Shown here: positions 16,128-27,091 of the stretch, piece by piece
How the letters are laid out: every line of letters begins with the position of its first letter
Numbering within the stretch: the stretch's first letter is position 1
Source: Burkholderiaceae bacterium
Lineage (GTDB): Bacteria > Pseudomonadota > Gammaproteobacteria > Burkholderiales > Burkholderiaceae_C
Assembly (NCBI GenBank): GCA_036405035.1
Contig: DASWYJ010000031.1
Span: 1-38,413 of the forward strand
Length of the DNA stretch: 38,413 nt
Direction: 5' to 3'
The notes under the pieces: model-generated
Databases searched by the model: none
Told to the model about the DNA's origin: nothing
The model's input: the letters and a program-made list of their open reading frames with translations, nothing else
Translations under genes and position numbers: made by a program

Positions 16128-17306
16128 ATGCGGAAATGGATGGGGATTGTGGTGGTGGCGCTGGGTCTGGCCCGGATGGGTTCGGCGGTGGCGTCGGACG
16201 GCGTCGGGTATGACGCCTTTGAACGCCAGGTAAAAACGGCCTTGGCGCCGCTCGCAGGCAAGGCGATCGCAGGGCTCAAGGTGCTGCATTTGAGTGCGGA
16301 TGTGGGGCCATGGCAGGACACCGGCATGCAGATCCAGCAGGGCGAGCAGGTCACCATCGTGCTGGATGGACAAGTGTGGCTGTCGCGCCAGTACCAGTTG
16401 ACGCTGGAGCCGTATCTGCAGGTCTGGCATCGCATCGGCGCCAAGGGGCAGATCGCCCGCGGAGCGCGGAATACCGACACCATCACGGCCCGCGAGGCCG
16501 GAACCTTGCAGTTCAAGAACCTGCCCACCCGCTGGCTGGACCGGCAGGGTGGCTATGCCGGCGAACCCGCTGCGGTGAATCCCGACGCGGGTGGCGGAGT
16601 GAACATCGCGCTTATCCGCTGGACACCGGGAACCAATGTGGCTGCCGAGCTCGGCAAGCTGGCGGCACAGGCGGGCGGGCCGGCATGGCCCGCTGCCGAG
16701 CGCGAGCGCTTGGCGAGCCCCGCGACGGCGCCTGCGGGCTGGAGTTACCTGTGGGAACTGGGGCCGGCAGACATCTTCAAGACGGTGGCTGCCAGCGCCG
16801 ACGGGGGCCCCACCGGCCCGCGCCTGGGTGTGCATACCCACAAGGATGTGGCCATCCTGCAGAAGGAGGTGCGACAGGCCCTGACGCCGCAGACCCGGTT
16901 GCAATGGTCCTGGCGTGTGGATGCGCTGCCGGCCCAGGGCCCCGAGAATTCGCCCATCCATCACGACTACCTGAGCATTGCCGTGGAGTTCGACAACGGC
17001 CAGGACCTGACATACCTCTGGAGCCGTGAGTTGCCGGTTGGCCTGAGTTTCCGCTGCCCGCTGGAAGGCTGGAAAGACAGGGAAACGCATATCGTGGCCC
17101 GATCCGGCAGCGGTGACCTGCAGAAGTGGCTGGATGAGAGCGTCAATGTGTGGGAGGACTACCAGCGCGCGGTGGGCGGCCCCATGCCACGCCAGATCAC
17201 CAAGGTCTGGATCATCGCCAACAGCGTGTTCGGCCGGCAGACTGGCGCGGGCCAGTTTGGCGACATCCGCCTGCAGACCGGCACGCAGACGCGGAAAGTG
17301 TGGTGA
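16128..17306 (+). CDS. Secreted two-domain protein: N-terminal beta-sandwich-like region + C-terminal DUF3047
   Basis: Start set at ATG 16128 (MRKWMGIVVVALGLARMGSAVA, a signal peptide) with GGAG upstream. The C-terminal half has the pattern I associate with DUF3047: LQWSWRV, HHDYLSIAVEFDNGQDLTYLWS, VNVWEDYQRAVG, FGDIRLQ. Confidence 0.65.
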   Translation: MRKWMGIVVVALGLARMGSAVASDGVGYDAFERQVKTALAPLAGKAIAGLKVLHLSADVGPWQDTGMQIQQGEQVTIVLDGQVWLSRQYQLTLEPYLQVWHRIGAKGQIARGARNTDTITAREAGTLQFKNLPTRWLDRQGGYAGEPAAVNPDAGGGVNIALIRWTPGTNVAAELGKLAAQAGGPAWPAAERERLASPATAPAGWSYLWELGPADIFKTVAASADGGPTGPRLGVHTHKDVAILQKEVRQALTPQTRLQWSWRVDALPAQGPENSPIHHDYLSIAVEFDNGQDLTYLWSRELPVGLSFRCPLEGWKDRETHIVARSGSGDLQKWLDESVNVWEDYQRAVGGPMPRQITKVWIIANSVFGRQTGAGQFGDIRLQTGTQTRKVW

Positions 17307-17309
17307 GCC

Positions 17310-18701
17310 ATGGGTGCATCACTTTTCTTCAGGGGCCGCCACGCACGGCGAAAGGCCTGTGGCCTGCTGCTGGTTCTGTCCATCGGTGGGATGGGTATCG
17401 CTGCACCATCTCTGGCTGCCGAGCAGTTGGTGGATGTTGCCCCCGTGCGGGCCTGGCTGGCACTACAGCAGCAGGCCCATGCCGATGCGCTGCCGGTACT
17501 GGCTGAGGATGCGGCCCGCTTCGAGGCGACGCTGCGGCTGCCGGATGCCGGTGTTGTGCACATTGGAGTGGACTGGGATGAGCGTGGAGGGGGCAGCCGG
17601 CTGCAATGGCAGGGGGAGGCGGGTGCTGACCCGCGGACTTTCGCCAACTGGATCGCCAGGGTAGCGCAGCGTGCGGTCGCTACGCCCCCGGAGAACCCGT
17701 TGTGCCAGGGACAGCAGGCTACACCCGAAGCCCTGGCGGAGGCAGGCGCCGGACAGCAGGCGCCGACCTGCCGCTACGGCGCAGGGCAATTTTCATCGGC
17801 CCTGTTCGAGCTGGAAAAATGTGGTGATTTCGAAAGCTCGCTCAAGATACTCGCCGCCTGCGTGGCCGAGAAACATGCTGGCGGCCTGATCCGGCTTGCC
17901 AGTTTTTACGACAACGGCTACGGCGTACCGCGCCGTCCTGAGCGCATGGCCGAGTTTCTGCGGCAGGCGGGAGAGAGCGATACACCGGGTTACGCCGAGA
18001 TGGGACGATTGCACTATGCCACGGCCCTTTATTTCGGCGTGGGAGTGCCGGGGGACCGGGTGCGGGCGCGTGCATTGTTCGAGTCCCTGGCAGCGGCCGG
18101 GAATGCAGATGCACGCAGTTTCCTTGCCACCGGCCAGCACAGCGCATGGTTGCGGCCTGACGGCACTCCCTACGTCGATCCGCTGTGGCAGGCACCTGCT
18201 GCGGAAGACATGCCCACGCCAGCGTTGTCGCGCGATCTGTCGGGAAACGAATTCAGCTATGGCGCACATATCCGCAGTACCAGCCGTTTCAAGTGCCTGT
18301 ACGGATATGTGGCCGACAAGACGGGGGACCACGCTGCGGCCATTGCGATTTTCGAGGACTGCATCGCCCGCTGGAACGATGTCTATTCGATGTTGTGGCT
18401 GGCGCAAATCCTGGAGAGTGGCGTGGGCGCGCCGCGCGACCTGGTGCGGGCCACGGACCTGATGCGGCGCGGTGCGGAAAGCGACGATGCCACCGGCTAC
18501 GGTGCATTGGCGCGCTACCACTATGGCGTTGCGTTGCGCGAGGGCCGGGGCGTGGCACACGACATGGTCGCGGCCCGCCATTGGCTGGAGCGGGCCGCAC
18601 GCGAAGGCGTTCCCGAGGCCACGCAGTATCTGGCCATGCATTTCGGGGACACGCCTTCCACGGCGGTGCGGCTCCCCGCCACAGCGCACGACATGCGGTG
18701 A
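17310..18701 (+). CDS. Periplasmic Sel1-repeat (SLR/TPR-like) protein
   Basis: ATG lies 3 nt after the upstream stop. N-terminal signal/TM segment LLLVLSIGGMGIAAPSLA. Several Sel1-type repeats: YDNGYGVPRRPERMAEFLRQAGESD, YFGVGVPGDRVRARALFESLAAAGNADA, ESGVGAPRDLVRATDLMRRGAESDD, REGRGVAHDMVAARHWLERAAREG. Confidence 0.8.
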   Translation: MGASLFFRGRHARRKACGLLLVLSIGGMGIAAPSLAAEQLVDVAPVRAWLALQQQAHADALPVLAEDAARFEATLRLPDAGVVHIGVDWDERGGGSRLQWQGEAGADPRTFANWIARVAQRAVATPPENPLCQGQQATPEALAEAGAGQQAPTCRYGAGQFSSALFELEKCGDFESSLKILAACVAEKHAGGLIRLASFYDNGYGVPRRPERMAEFLRQAGESDTPGYAEMGRLHYATALYFGVGVPGDRVRARALFESLAAAGNADARSFLATGQHSAWLRPDGTPYVDPLWQAPAAEDMPTPALSRDLSGNEFSYGAHIRSTSRFKCLYGYVADKTGDHAAAIAIFEDCIARWNDVYSMLWLAQILESGVGAPRDLVRATDLMRRGAESDDATGYGALARYHYGVALREGRGVAHDMVAARHWLERAAREGVPEATQYLAMHFGDTPSTAVRLPATAHDMR

Positions 18702-18739
18702 TCGGAACAGCCTTGTGGTTCCGACCACAAGGCTGCGCC

Positions 18740-20119
18740 ATGCCTGCTGTGACCACTTTCTTTTCGGCGACCCCGGTGCTTGACCTGAAACGCCGGCTGT
18801 TCTGCGGCATTGTGGCCGGCACTGCGTTGATCGCCGGTGTGGCTGCGCTGCACGTCCTGGAGCAGGCCCGCGTGCGCATTGCGGCCGACGTCGGGCGGCT
18901 GGGCAGCACACTGGGCCAGTTTGCGCTGAAGGAGCTGCGCTTTGTGCCGGGGCAGTTCCAGTATCAGCTGGCGCCGGTCGACCTGGATGTGTTCCAGGGC
19001 ATCGGGCTGCTATTGCCGTTCTGCGTGGAGGTTGAGGACATACATGGGCAGGCGCTGTCGCAGCGCTGCTTCGGTGATCCCGGCAACGCACCGCCTTTTG
19101 TGGTTGCGGCACTGACCCGTGCCATGCAGGGAGCACCGGTGGCACGGATACGGCTCAACCGCCACCCGGGCATCAAGGTGGGCGAGATGGTGGTGTCGCC
19201 CCATCTCCAGGCCGAGGCCGGCCTGCTGTGGCAGCAATGGCAATTGCTGCTGGTGGTAGCGGCGGGTCTGGTCGTGATCAGTATGGCGGTGTACGCCACG
19301 GTGCGGCGAGCCCTGCATCCCACCCACACCATGCTGGCCACCCTGGCCCGGATGGAAGGCGGCGACCTGCAGGCCCGGATGCCGCATTTCGCGCTGGTGG
19401 AACTGGATCGCATCGGCAGGGTGTTCAATCAGCTCGCCGACCGCCTGCAGCACACCATTGCCGGCCAGCGCGAACTGGCCGACCGCCTGTTGCGGGTGCG
19501 CGAAGAGGAGCGGCGCCACCTGTCCCGTGAACTGCACGACGAGTTCGGGCAGAGCCTGGCCTCCATCAACGCCGAGGCGGCCTATGCCGGCGAGGTGGCG
19601 CGTGAGTCGCTGCCCGGCCTGGTGACCTGCACCGACGCCATCAGCCGCGCGACCACCGCCATGATGGACACCTTGCAGCACCTCGTGCGGCGGCTGCGTC
19701 CGCCGGATCTGGACGCCTTTGGTCTGGAGGCCAGCCTGCGGCAGATGCTGGAAGGCGGGCGCCACCGTGCGGGTGGCCGCTGCCAATGTGTTTTACAGAC
19801 CACCGGGCCGGTGGACCGGGTGCCGGACGCGATGGCAGTCCACCTGTACCGATTGGTGCAGGAAAGCCTGACGAATGCGCTGCGCCACGGCCAGGCGACC
19901 CGGGTTGATGTGGCGCTGGCGGTGACGGACGACGCGGTGCGGCTGACGGTGGTGGACAACGGCCAGGCCCGCAGCGTGCCCGTTCATCCACCGGGCCATG
20001 GCCTGCTGGGCATGCACGAGCGGGTGCTGGCACTGGGGGGCGAGATCGTCACCCAGGTGTGCCAGCCGCATGGCTGGCAGGTGGGAGTGTGGCTGCCGCT
20101 GTCCCGGGAGGCCGCATGA
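18740..20119 (+). CDS. Sensor histidine kinase (HAMP + HisKA_3 + HATPase_c; NarX/UhpB class)
   Basis: Start set at ATG 18740 (track start 18185 overlaps the Sel1 gene). Two TM segments flank a ~125-aa periplasmic region. HAMP (MEGGDLQARMP). H-box EERRHLSRELHDEFGQSL. N-box LVQESLTNALRHG. G-box GHGLLGMHERV. Confidence 0.85.
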   Translation: MPAVTTFFSATPVLDLKRRLFCGIVAGTALIAGVAALHVLEQARVRIAADVGRLGSTLGQFALKELRFVPGQFQYQLAPVDLDVFQGIGLLLPFCVEVEDIHGQALSQRCFGDPGNAPPFVVAALTRAMQGAPVARIRLNRHPGIKVGEMVVSPHLQAEAGLLWQQWQLLLVVAAGLVVISMAVYATVRRALHPTHTMLATLARMEGGDLQARMPHFALVELDRIGRVFNQLADRLQHTIAGQRELADRLLRVREEERRHLSRELHDEFGQSLASINAEAAYAGEVARESLPGLVTCTDAISRATTAMMDTLQHLVRRLRPPDLDAFGLEASLRQMLEGGRHRAGGRCQCVLQTTGPVDRVPDAMAVHLYRLVQESLTNALRHGQATRVDVALAVTDDAVRLTVVDNGQARSVPVHPPGHGLLGMHERVLALGGEIVTQVCQPHGWQVGVWLPLSREAA

Positions 20120-20784
20120 TCCGGCTGGTGCTGATCGATGACCACGCCATCGTGCGCGAGGGTTACCGTCGTCTGCTCGAGCGCCGGGCCGACCTGCAGA
20201 TCGCCGGTGAAGCCGACAGCGCCGATCAGGGCTATGCGCTGTGTGCCGCGCAGGCTCCGGATGTGGCACTGGTTGATCTGAGTCTGCCCGACGCCAGTGG
20301 CCTGCATCTGGTGCAGCGGCTGCTGCAGCGTGACCCCGGCGTCCGGGTGCTGGTGTTCAGCATGCATCGGGAGCCGCTGTTTGCGGTGCAGGCCCTGCGG
20401 GCCGGAGCACTCGGCTATGTGACCAAAAGCAGCCCGCCCCAGCGGCTGGTGGAGGCGGTGTACCAGGTGGCCCGTGGCCAGCGGGTGCTGAGCCCCGACA
20501 TCGCCTCCGAAGTGGCGTTGGCCATGCTGGAAGACGAGGCCGAGGCACCCGGCCTGAGCCCGCGCGAGTTCGAGGTGCTGCGCCTGCTGATGCAGGGCCG
20601 CAGCCCGGAGGAGATCGGCGCGGCGCTCCACATCAGTCCCAAGACTGTGCGCAACTCCCACTACCAGCTCAAAACCAAGCTGGGTGTGAAATCCGACATC
20701 GAACTGACCAAACTCGCCATGCGCATGCGCCTGGTCGACCAGGCCGCACTCCGCGCCAACCCATCGGCCGGCGATGCTACCTGA
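20116..20784 (+). CDS. Response regulator, NarL/FixJ family (REC + LuxR-type HTH)
   Basis: ATGA overlap with the kinase stop. MIRLVLIDDH, phospho-acceptor context VALVDLSLPD, LGYVTKS. HTH: LSPREFEVLRLLMQGRSPEEIGAALHISPKTVRNSHYQLKTKLGV. Confidence 0.9.
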   Translation: MIRLVLIDDHAIVREGYRRLLERRADLQIAGEADSADQGYALCAAQAPDVALVDLSLPDASGLHLVQRLLQRDPGVRVLVFSMHREPLFAVQALRAGALGYVTKSSPPQRLVEAVYQVARGQRVLSPDIASEVALAMLEDEAEAPGLSPREFEVLRLLMQGRSPEEIGAALHISPKTVRNSHYQLKTKLGVKSDIELTKLAMRMRLVDQAALRANPSAGDAT

Positions 20785-22255
20785 GCACGTCGCCCAGGCA
20801 CAGGTATTTCATCTCCAGATACTCGTCCATGCCATGCGACGAGCCCTCGCGGCCCAGGCCCGACTGCTTGACACCACCGAACGGCACATGCTCGGTGGCG
20901 ATCACGCCCGCATTGATGCCCACCATGCCGTATTCCAGCGCCTCGGCCACGCGGAAGATGCGCCCCACGTCGCGGCTGTAGAAATAGCTGGCCAGGCCGA
21001 ACTCGGTGTTGTTGGCCGCGTCAATGGCCTCCTGCTCGGTGTGGAAGCGGAACACCGGGGCCAGCGGGCCGAAGGTTTCTTCGCGGGCACACAGCATGGC
21101 GCCAGTGGCATCGGCCACCACGGTCGGCTCGAAAAACTGGCCTTTCAGCCGCTGGCCACCCACCACCACCCGGCCGCCCCGGGCGACCGCATCGTCCACA
21201 TGGCGCTGCACCTTGTCAACGGCCGCCTCCTCGATCAGCGGGCCCTGGGCCACACCGGCATCGAAGCCGTTACCCACCTTCAAGCCCCGCACCTTGGCGG
21301 CGAACTTGTCCACGAAAGCGTCGTACACGCCGTTCTGCACATAGATGCGGTTGGCACAGACACAGGTCTGGCCGGCGTTGCGGTATTTGCTGGCCATGGC
21401 GCCATCGACCGCGCTGTCGAGGTCGGCGTCGTCGAACACGATGAAGGGCGCGTTGCCGCCCAGCTCCAGCGACAGCCTCTTCACCGTGGGCGCGCTCTGC
21501 GCCATCAGGATGCGGCCGACCTCGGTGCTGCCGGTGAAGCTGATGTGGCGCACCACATCGCTGGCGCAGAACACCTTGCCGGCGGCAATCGAGTTGTCGC
21601 TGTCGGCGGTGATGACGTTCAGCACGCCCGCAGGAATGCCGGCACGCACCGCCAGTTCGGCAGCGGCCAGGGCCGTCAGCGGTGTCAGCTCGGCCGGCTT
21701 GATGACCACCGGGCAACCGGCCGCCAGCGCTGGCGCCACCTTGCGGGTGATCATGGCCAGCGGGAAGTTCCAGGGTGTGATCGCGGCACACACGCCGATG
21801 GGCTGCTTCAGCACCAGCAGGCGGCGGTTGTTGTCGAACTGCGGTAGCGTTTCGCCATTGACGCGCTTGGCCTCTTCGGCAAACCATTCCACAAAGCTGG
21901 CACCGTAGAGGATTTCACCGCGCGCTTCGGCCAGCGGCTTGCCCTGCTCGGCAGTGAGGATGCGGGCCAGGTCGTCGGCGTGCTCCACCAGCAACTGGAA
22001 CCAGCGCAGCAATACCGCATGGCGTTGCTTGCCGGTCTGGCTGCGCCACGCCGGCCAGGCGGCGTTGGCGGCGGCAATCGCCTGTTCGGTCTCGGCGGCG
22101 CCGAGGTTGGCCACGTCGGCCAGGCGCTGGCCGGTGGCGGGGTCGTGCACCGGAAAGCGGCTGCTACCGGTGATCCATGCGCCGTTGATGAGTGCATCGG
22201 TTTTCAGCAGCGCGGGATCTTTCAGCAGCGCGAGGGGTGAGGTTTTCTGGTCCAT
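20777..22255 (-). CDS. gabD: Succinate-semialdehyde dehydrogenase (aldehyde dehydrogenase family)
   Basis: Start set at [11 protein letters not shown] (22255). [61 protein letters not shown] and catalytic Cys context [16 protein letters not shown] closely follow GabD. Confidence 0.88.
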   Translation of the reverse strand: MDQKTSPLALLKDPALLKTDALINGAWITGSSRFPVHDPATGQRLADVANLGAAETEQAIAAANAAWPAWRSQTGKQRHAVLLRWFQLLVEHADDLARILTAEQGKPLAEARGEILYGASFVEWFAEEAKRVNGETLPQFDNNRRLLVLKQPIGVCAAITPWNFPLAMITRKVAPALAAGCPVVIKPAELTPLTALAAAELAVRAGIPAGVLNVITADSDNSIAAGKVFCASDVVRHISFTGSTEVGRILMAQSAPTVKRLSLELGGNAPFIVFDDADLDSAVDGAMASKYRNAGQTCVCANRIYVQNGVYDAFVDKFAAKVRGLKVGNGFDAGVAQGPLIEEAAVDKVQRHVDDAVARGGRVVVGGQRLKGQFFEPTVVADATGAMLCAREETFGPLAPVFRFHTEQEAIDAANNTEFGLASYFYSRDVGRIFRVAEALEYGMVGINAGVIATEHVPFGGVKQSGLGREGSSHGMDEYLEMKYLCLGDVLR

Positions 22256-22474
22256 GGGGGAGTCTCCGGGATGGCGGGGCCTGCGCGGCGGGGAGGCCGG
22301 CAAGCGGGCAGGGCGTGCAAGATTGCGGTAAGGATAGCGGTTTGCAGGCCCTGCTGCAGCGCCGGTGCGACAAGGCCACAGGCCCCGGAAACCTATAATT
22401 GCCGGCTATCCCGCACAGGCTCCCCGTCTGTAGCACGCGGCACGCCGCCGCGCCGGGACAACCGCTGGTCCACC

Positions 22475-25099
<2,625 letters not shown>

Positions 25100-25105
25100 G
25101 CGCGG

Positions 25106-26245
25106 TCAGCGGATGATGCGCCCGTCGCTGGTGATGCTCACCAGGTCGATGGGGCGGGACGCATCGCGCACGCCGACCCGCAGGTTCAGGTGAAAACCGC
25201 CGACGTCGTAGTCGGTCATGCCGGCCATGGTGCGCTGCAGGGCCGTGCGGTCTGCGCCGCGGCCGGTGCGGCGCACCGCCTCTGCCAGGGCCTTGGCTGC
25301 AATGAAACCTTCCAGGCTCTCGTACGACGGTGACTGGTCGGATTTGTCGATGGCGGCCAGGTATTCCCGCACGATCGGCACCGTGACGCTGCGCGGCGAC
25401 GGCACCACCTGCGACACCACCACGCCACCGATCTCCTTGCCCAGCGCGGTGAACAGCGGGTCGATGCCCACCACCGAGAAGTTCATGAATGCGCCGGCAT
25501 AGCCGCTTTTGCGCAGGGCGCGGATGGACGCGGCCGTGGTATTGAACAGCGCGGCCTGGATGATGGCGTGGGGCTGCGCCTTTTCCAGCGTAGCGACCGC
25601 GCTGCCAACCTGGTTGCTGTTGGCCGGCACGAACGCGATGGCAACGGGCGGCGGCAGTTTCAGCTCGGCCACCGCGCGTTCCAGCGCCAGCTTGCCGGCA
25701 CGGCCCATGGCGTCGTCTTCTGCGAGCAGCGCAATGCGGGTCTGGTTCAGTGTGGCGCAGTGCCGCACCATGCGGATGGCCTCATCCGTCAGGCTGGGAC
25801 GGATGTTGAAGACGGTCGGAAAGGCTGCGGTGTCGTGCAGCGCGTCCGATGCGGCGAACGGTGCGAAGAACAGCGCACCCTGTTGCCGCGCCACCTGGGC
25901 GGCGGCGTCGCTGCTGGCGGTTCCTACAAAGCCGAACAACAGGTCGGCACCATCGGCCAGCAGTTTGCGGGCGTTCGCGGCGGCGCTGGTGGCGGTGTAG
26001 CCATCGTCGAGCTGGCGCAGCTCGAAGGTCCAGCCGGGGTTGGGCTTGCGCTCGTTGAAGGCATCGAAATAGAGTTTGGCGCCTGCGGCAAATGCCAGCC
26101 CGATCTCGCTGGCTGCACCGGTGAGGGGCACCGACTGGCCCAGCAGGATGCGCCGGGGCTTGGCTCCCTGCGCAAGGACATTACCCGGAACATGCAGCCC
26201 GGCCGCGAGTGCGGTTCCCAGCAGGGCCCTGCGTGTCAAGTCCAT
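25106..26245 (-). CDS. Periplasmic substrate-binding protein, LivK / branched-chain amino acid ABC type
   Basis: N-terminus MDLTRRALLGTALAAG (Tat-like). Type I periplasmic-binding fold pattern throughout (ILLGQSVPLTGAASEIG, VGTASSDAA, RIALLAEDDAMGR). No cognate permease or ATPase genes adjacent. Confidence 0.8.
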   Translation of the reverse strand: MDLTRRALLGTALAAGLHVPGNVLAQGAKPRRILLGQSVPLTGAASEIGLAFAAGAKLYFDAFNERKPNPGWTFELRQLDDGYTATSAAANARKLLADGADLLFGFVGTASSDAAAQVARQQGALFFAPFAASDALHDTAAFPTVFNIRPSLTDEAIRMVRHCATLNQTRIALLAEDDAMGRAGKLALERAVAELKLPPPVAIAFVPANSNQVGSAVATLEKAQPHAIIQAALFNTTAASIRALRKSGYAGAFMNFSVVGIDPLFTALGKEIGGVVVSQVVPSPRSVTVPIVREYLAAIDKSDQSPSYESLEGFIAAKALAEAVRRTGRGADRTALQRTMAGMTDYDVGGFHLNLRVGVRDASRPIDLVSITSDGRIIR

Positions 26246-26257
26246 CGGTGTGCCGGG

Positions 26258-26950
26258 CTACCGCAGCGGGGGCAGGTCCTGGGTCGCGATGACGTCCGAA
26301 CCCGACAGCCCGAGCACGCGCCGTGCACCGTTGAAACGCGCCTCCCAGTAGTCCAGGCGCATGTCGGCCATGCGGATCGCGCTGCCGGCGGAGGGCGCGT
26401 GGACGAAGCGGTTCTCGCCCACGTAGATGCCCACGTGGCTGAACTCGCGGCGCGAGGTGTTGAAGAACACCAGGTCACCGGGTTTGAGCTCGCTGCGGTC
26501 GATGGGCTGGGTCGCAGCGGCCTGCTCGGCGGCGCTGCGCGGCAGCATTACACCCGCCGACTGGCGGTGGATGGCCTGCACGAAGCCGCTGCAGTCGAAC
26601 CCGGTTTCCCAGTTGCTGCCGCCCCAGGTGTAGGGCCGGCCCAGGAAGCCCATGGCGGCAACCACCATTTCGGAGGCGCGATCAACGCCGCGCGGCACCA
26701 TGAAGTCACGCGGCGGTGCCAGCAGGCCCCGGTTGAGCAGCAACAGTTCCAGCTCATCGGGCTGCTGCGGGCCGGAGGGGAGCCGGGCGGCGGGGGCCGA
26801 ACGGTCCAGGTCGCGGAGCAGTTGCTCCAGGGCATCCACCCCGTTTGGCGGTGCGGCGTGGGCACCGAGTCCCCACGCCAGCGCCAGCCCCATGGCCAGC
26901 CTGCGGGGCAGGGTGCTGCGGCGGGGAACAGGGGTGTGGCGGGCTGGCAT
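26258..26950 (-). CDS. NlpC/P60 (C40) family peptidoglycan endopeptidase
   Basis: Start set at MPARHTPVPRR (26950), though a later Met is possible. Signal-like LAMGLALAWGLGAHA. Catalytic region YTWGGSNWETGFDCSGFV ... GDLVFF ... HVGIYVG ... FVHAP. Confidence 0.85.
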   Translation of the reverse strand: MPARHTPVPRRSTLPRRLAMGLALAWGLGAHAAPPNGVDALEQLLRDLDRSAPAARLPSGPQQPDELELLLLNRGLLAPPRDFMVPRGVDRASEMVVAAMGFLGRPYTWGGSNWETGFDCSGFVQAIHRQSAGVMLPRSAAEQAAATQPIDRSELKPGDLVFFNTSRREFSHVGIYVGENRFVHAPSAGSAIRMADMRLDYWEARFNGARRVLGLSGSDVIATQDLPPLR

Positions 26951-27091
26951 GGGCTCGACCTTACCGCAGAGCGCCGGATTTCCCAATAGAAATGCCCCGA
27001 AGTCGCCCGTATCTGGTGCTTTTACGCTGCATATTTGCTAGCAAACGCTGTTTGGCCGGGTGCAATCCGGCGGTATCGTGCGCGTTTTTTC

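Noticed and set aside
15432-19145. Minus-strand ORFs 15432-17090 (552 aa) and 17793-19145 (450 aa)
   Set aside because: They are antisense to the small secreted protein, DUF3047 and Sel1-repeat genes. Both are Arg/Pro/Gly-rich with no signal peptides or domains. The plus-strand genes have RBSs, signal peptides and tight coupling.
20774-21847. 357-aa plus-strand ORF, plus other internal ORFs antisense to gabD
   Set aside because: gabD on the minus strand matches the aldehyde dehydrogenase motif set. The plus-strand ORF is a His/Gly/Ala-rich shadow.
22256-22474. Possible leader or riboswitch-like element, or a promoter around TATAAT (22394-22399), upstream of alaS
   Set aside because: T-box control is not expected in proteobacteria. 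I could not pair the TATAAT with a -35 element at proper spacing, nor find a convincing conserved structure by eye. This is too weak to annotate.
25568-26989. 473-aa plus-strand ORF spanning two minus-strand genes
   Set aside because: It crosses the boundary between the binding-protein and NlpC/P60 genes in antisense and has no recognisable motifs. It is a high-GC artefact.
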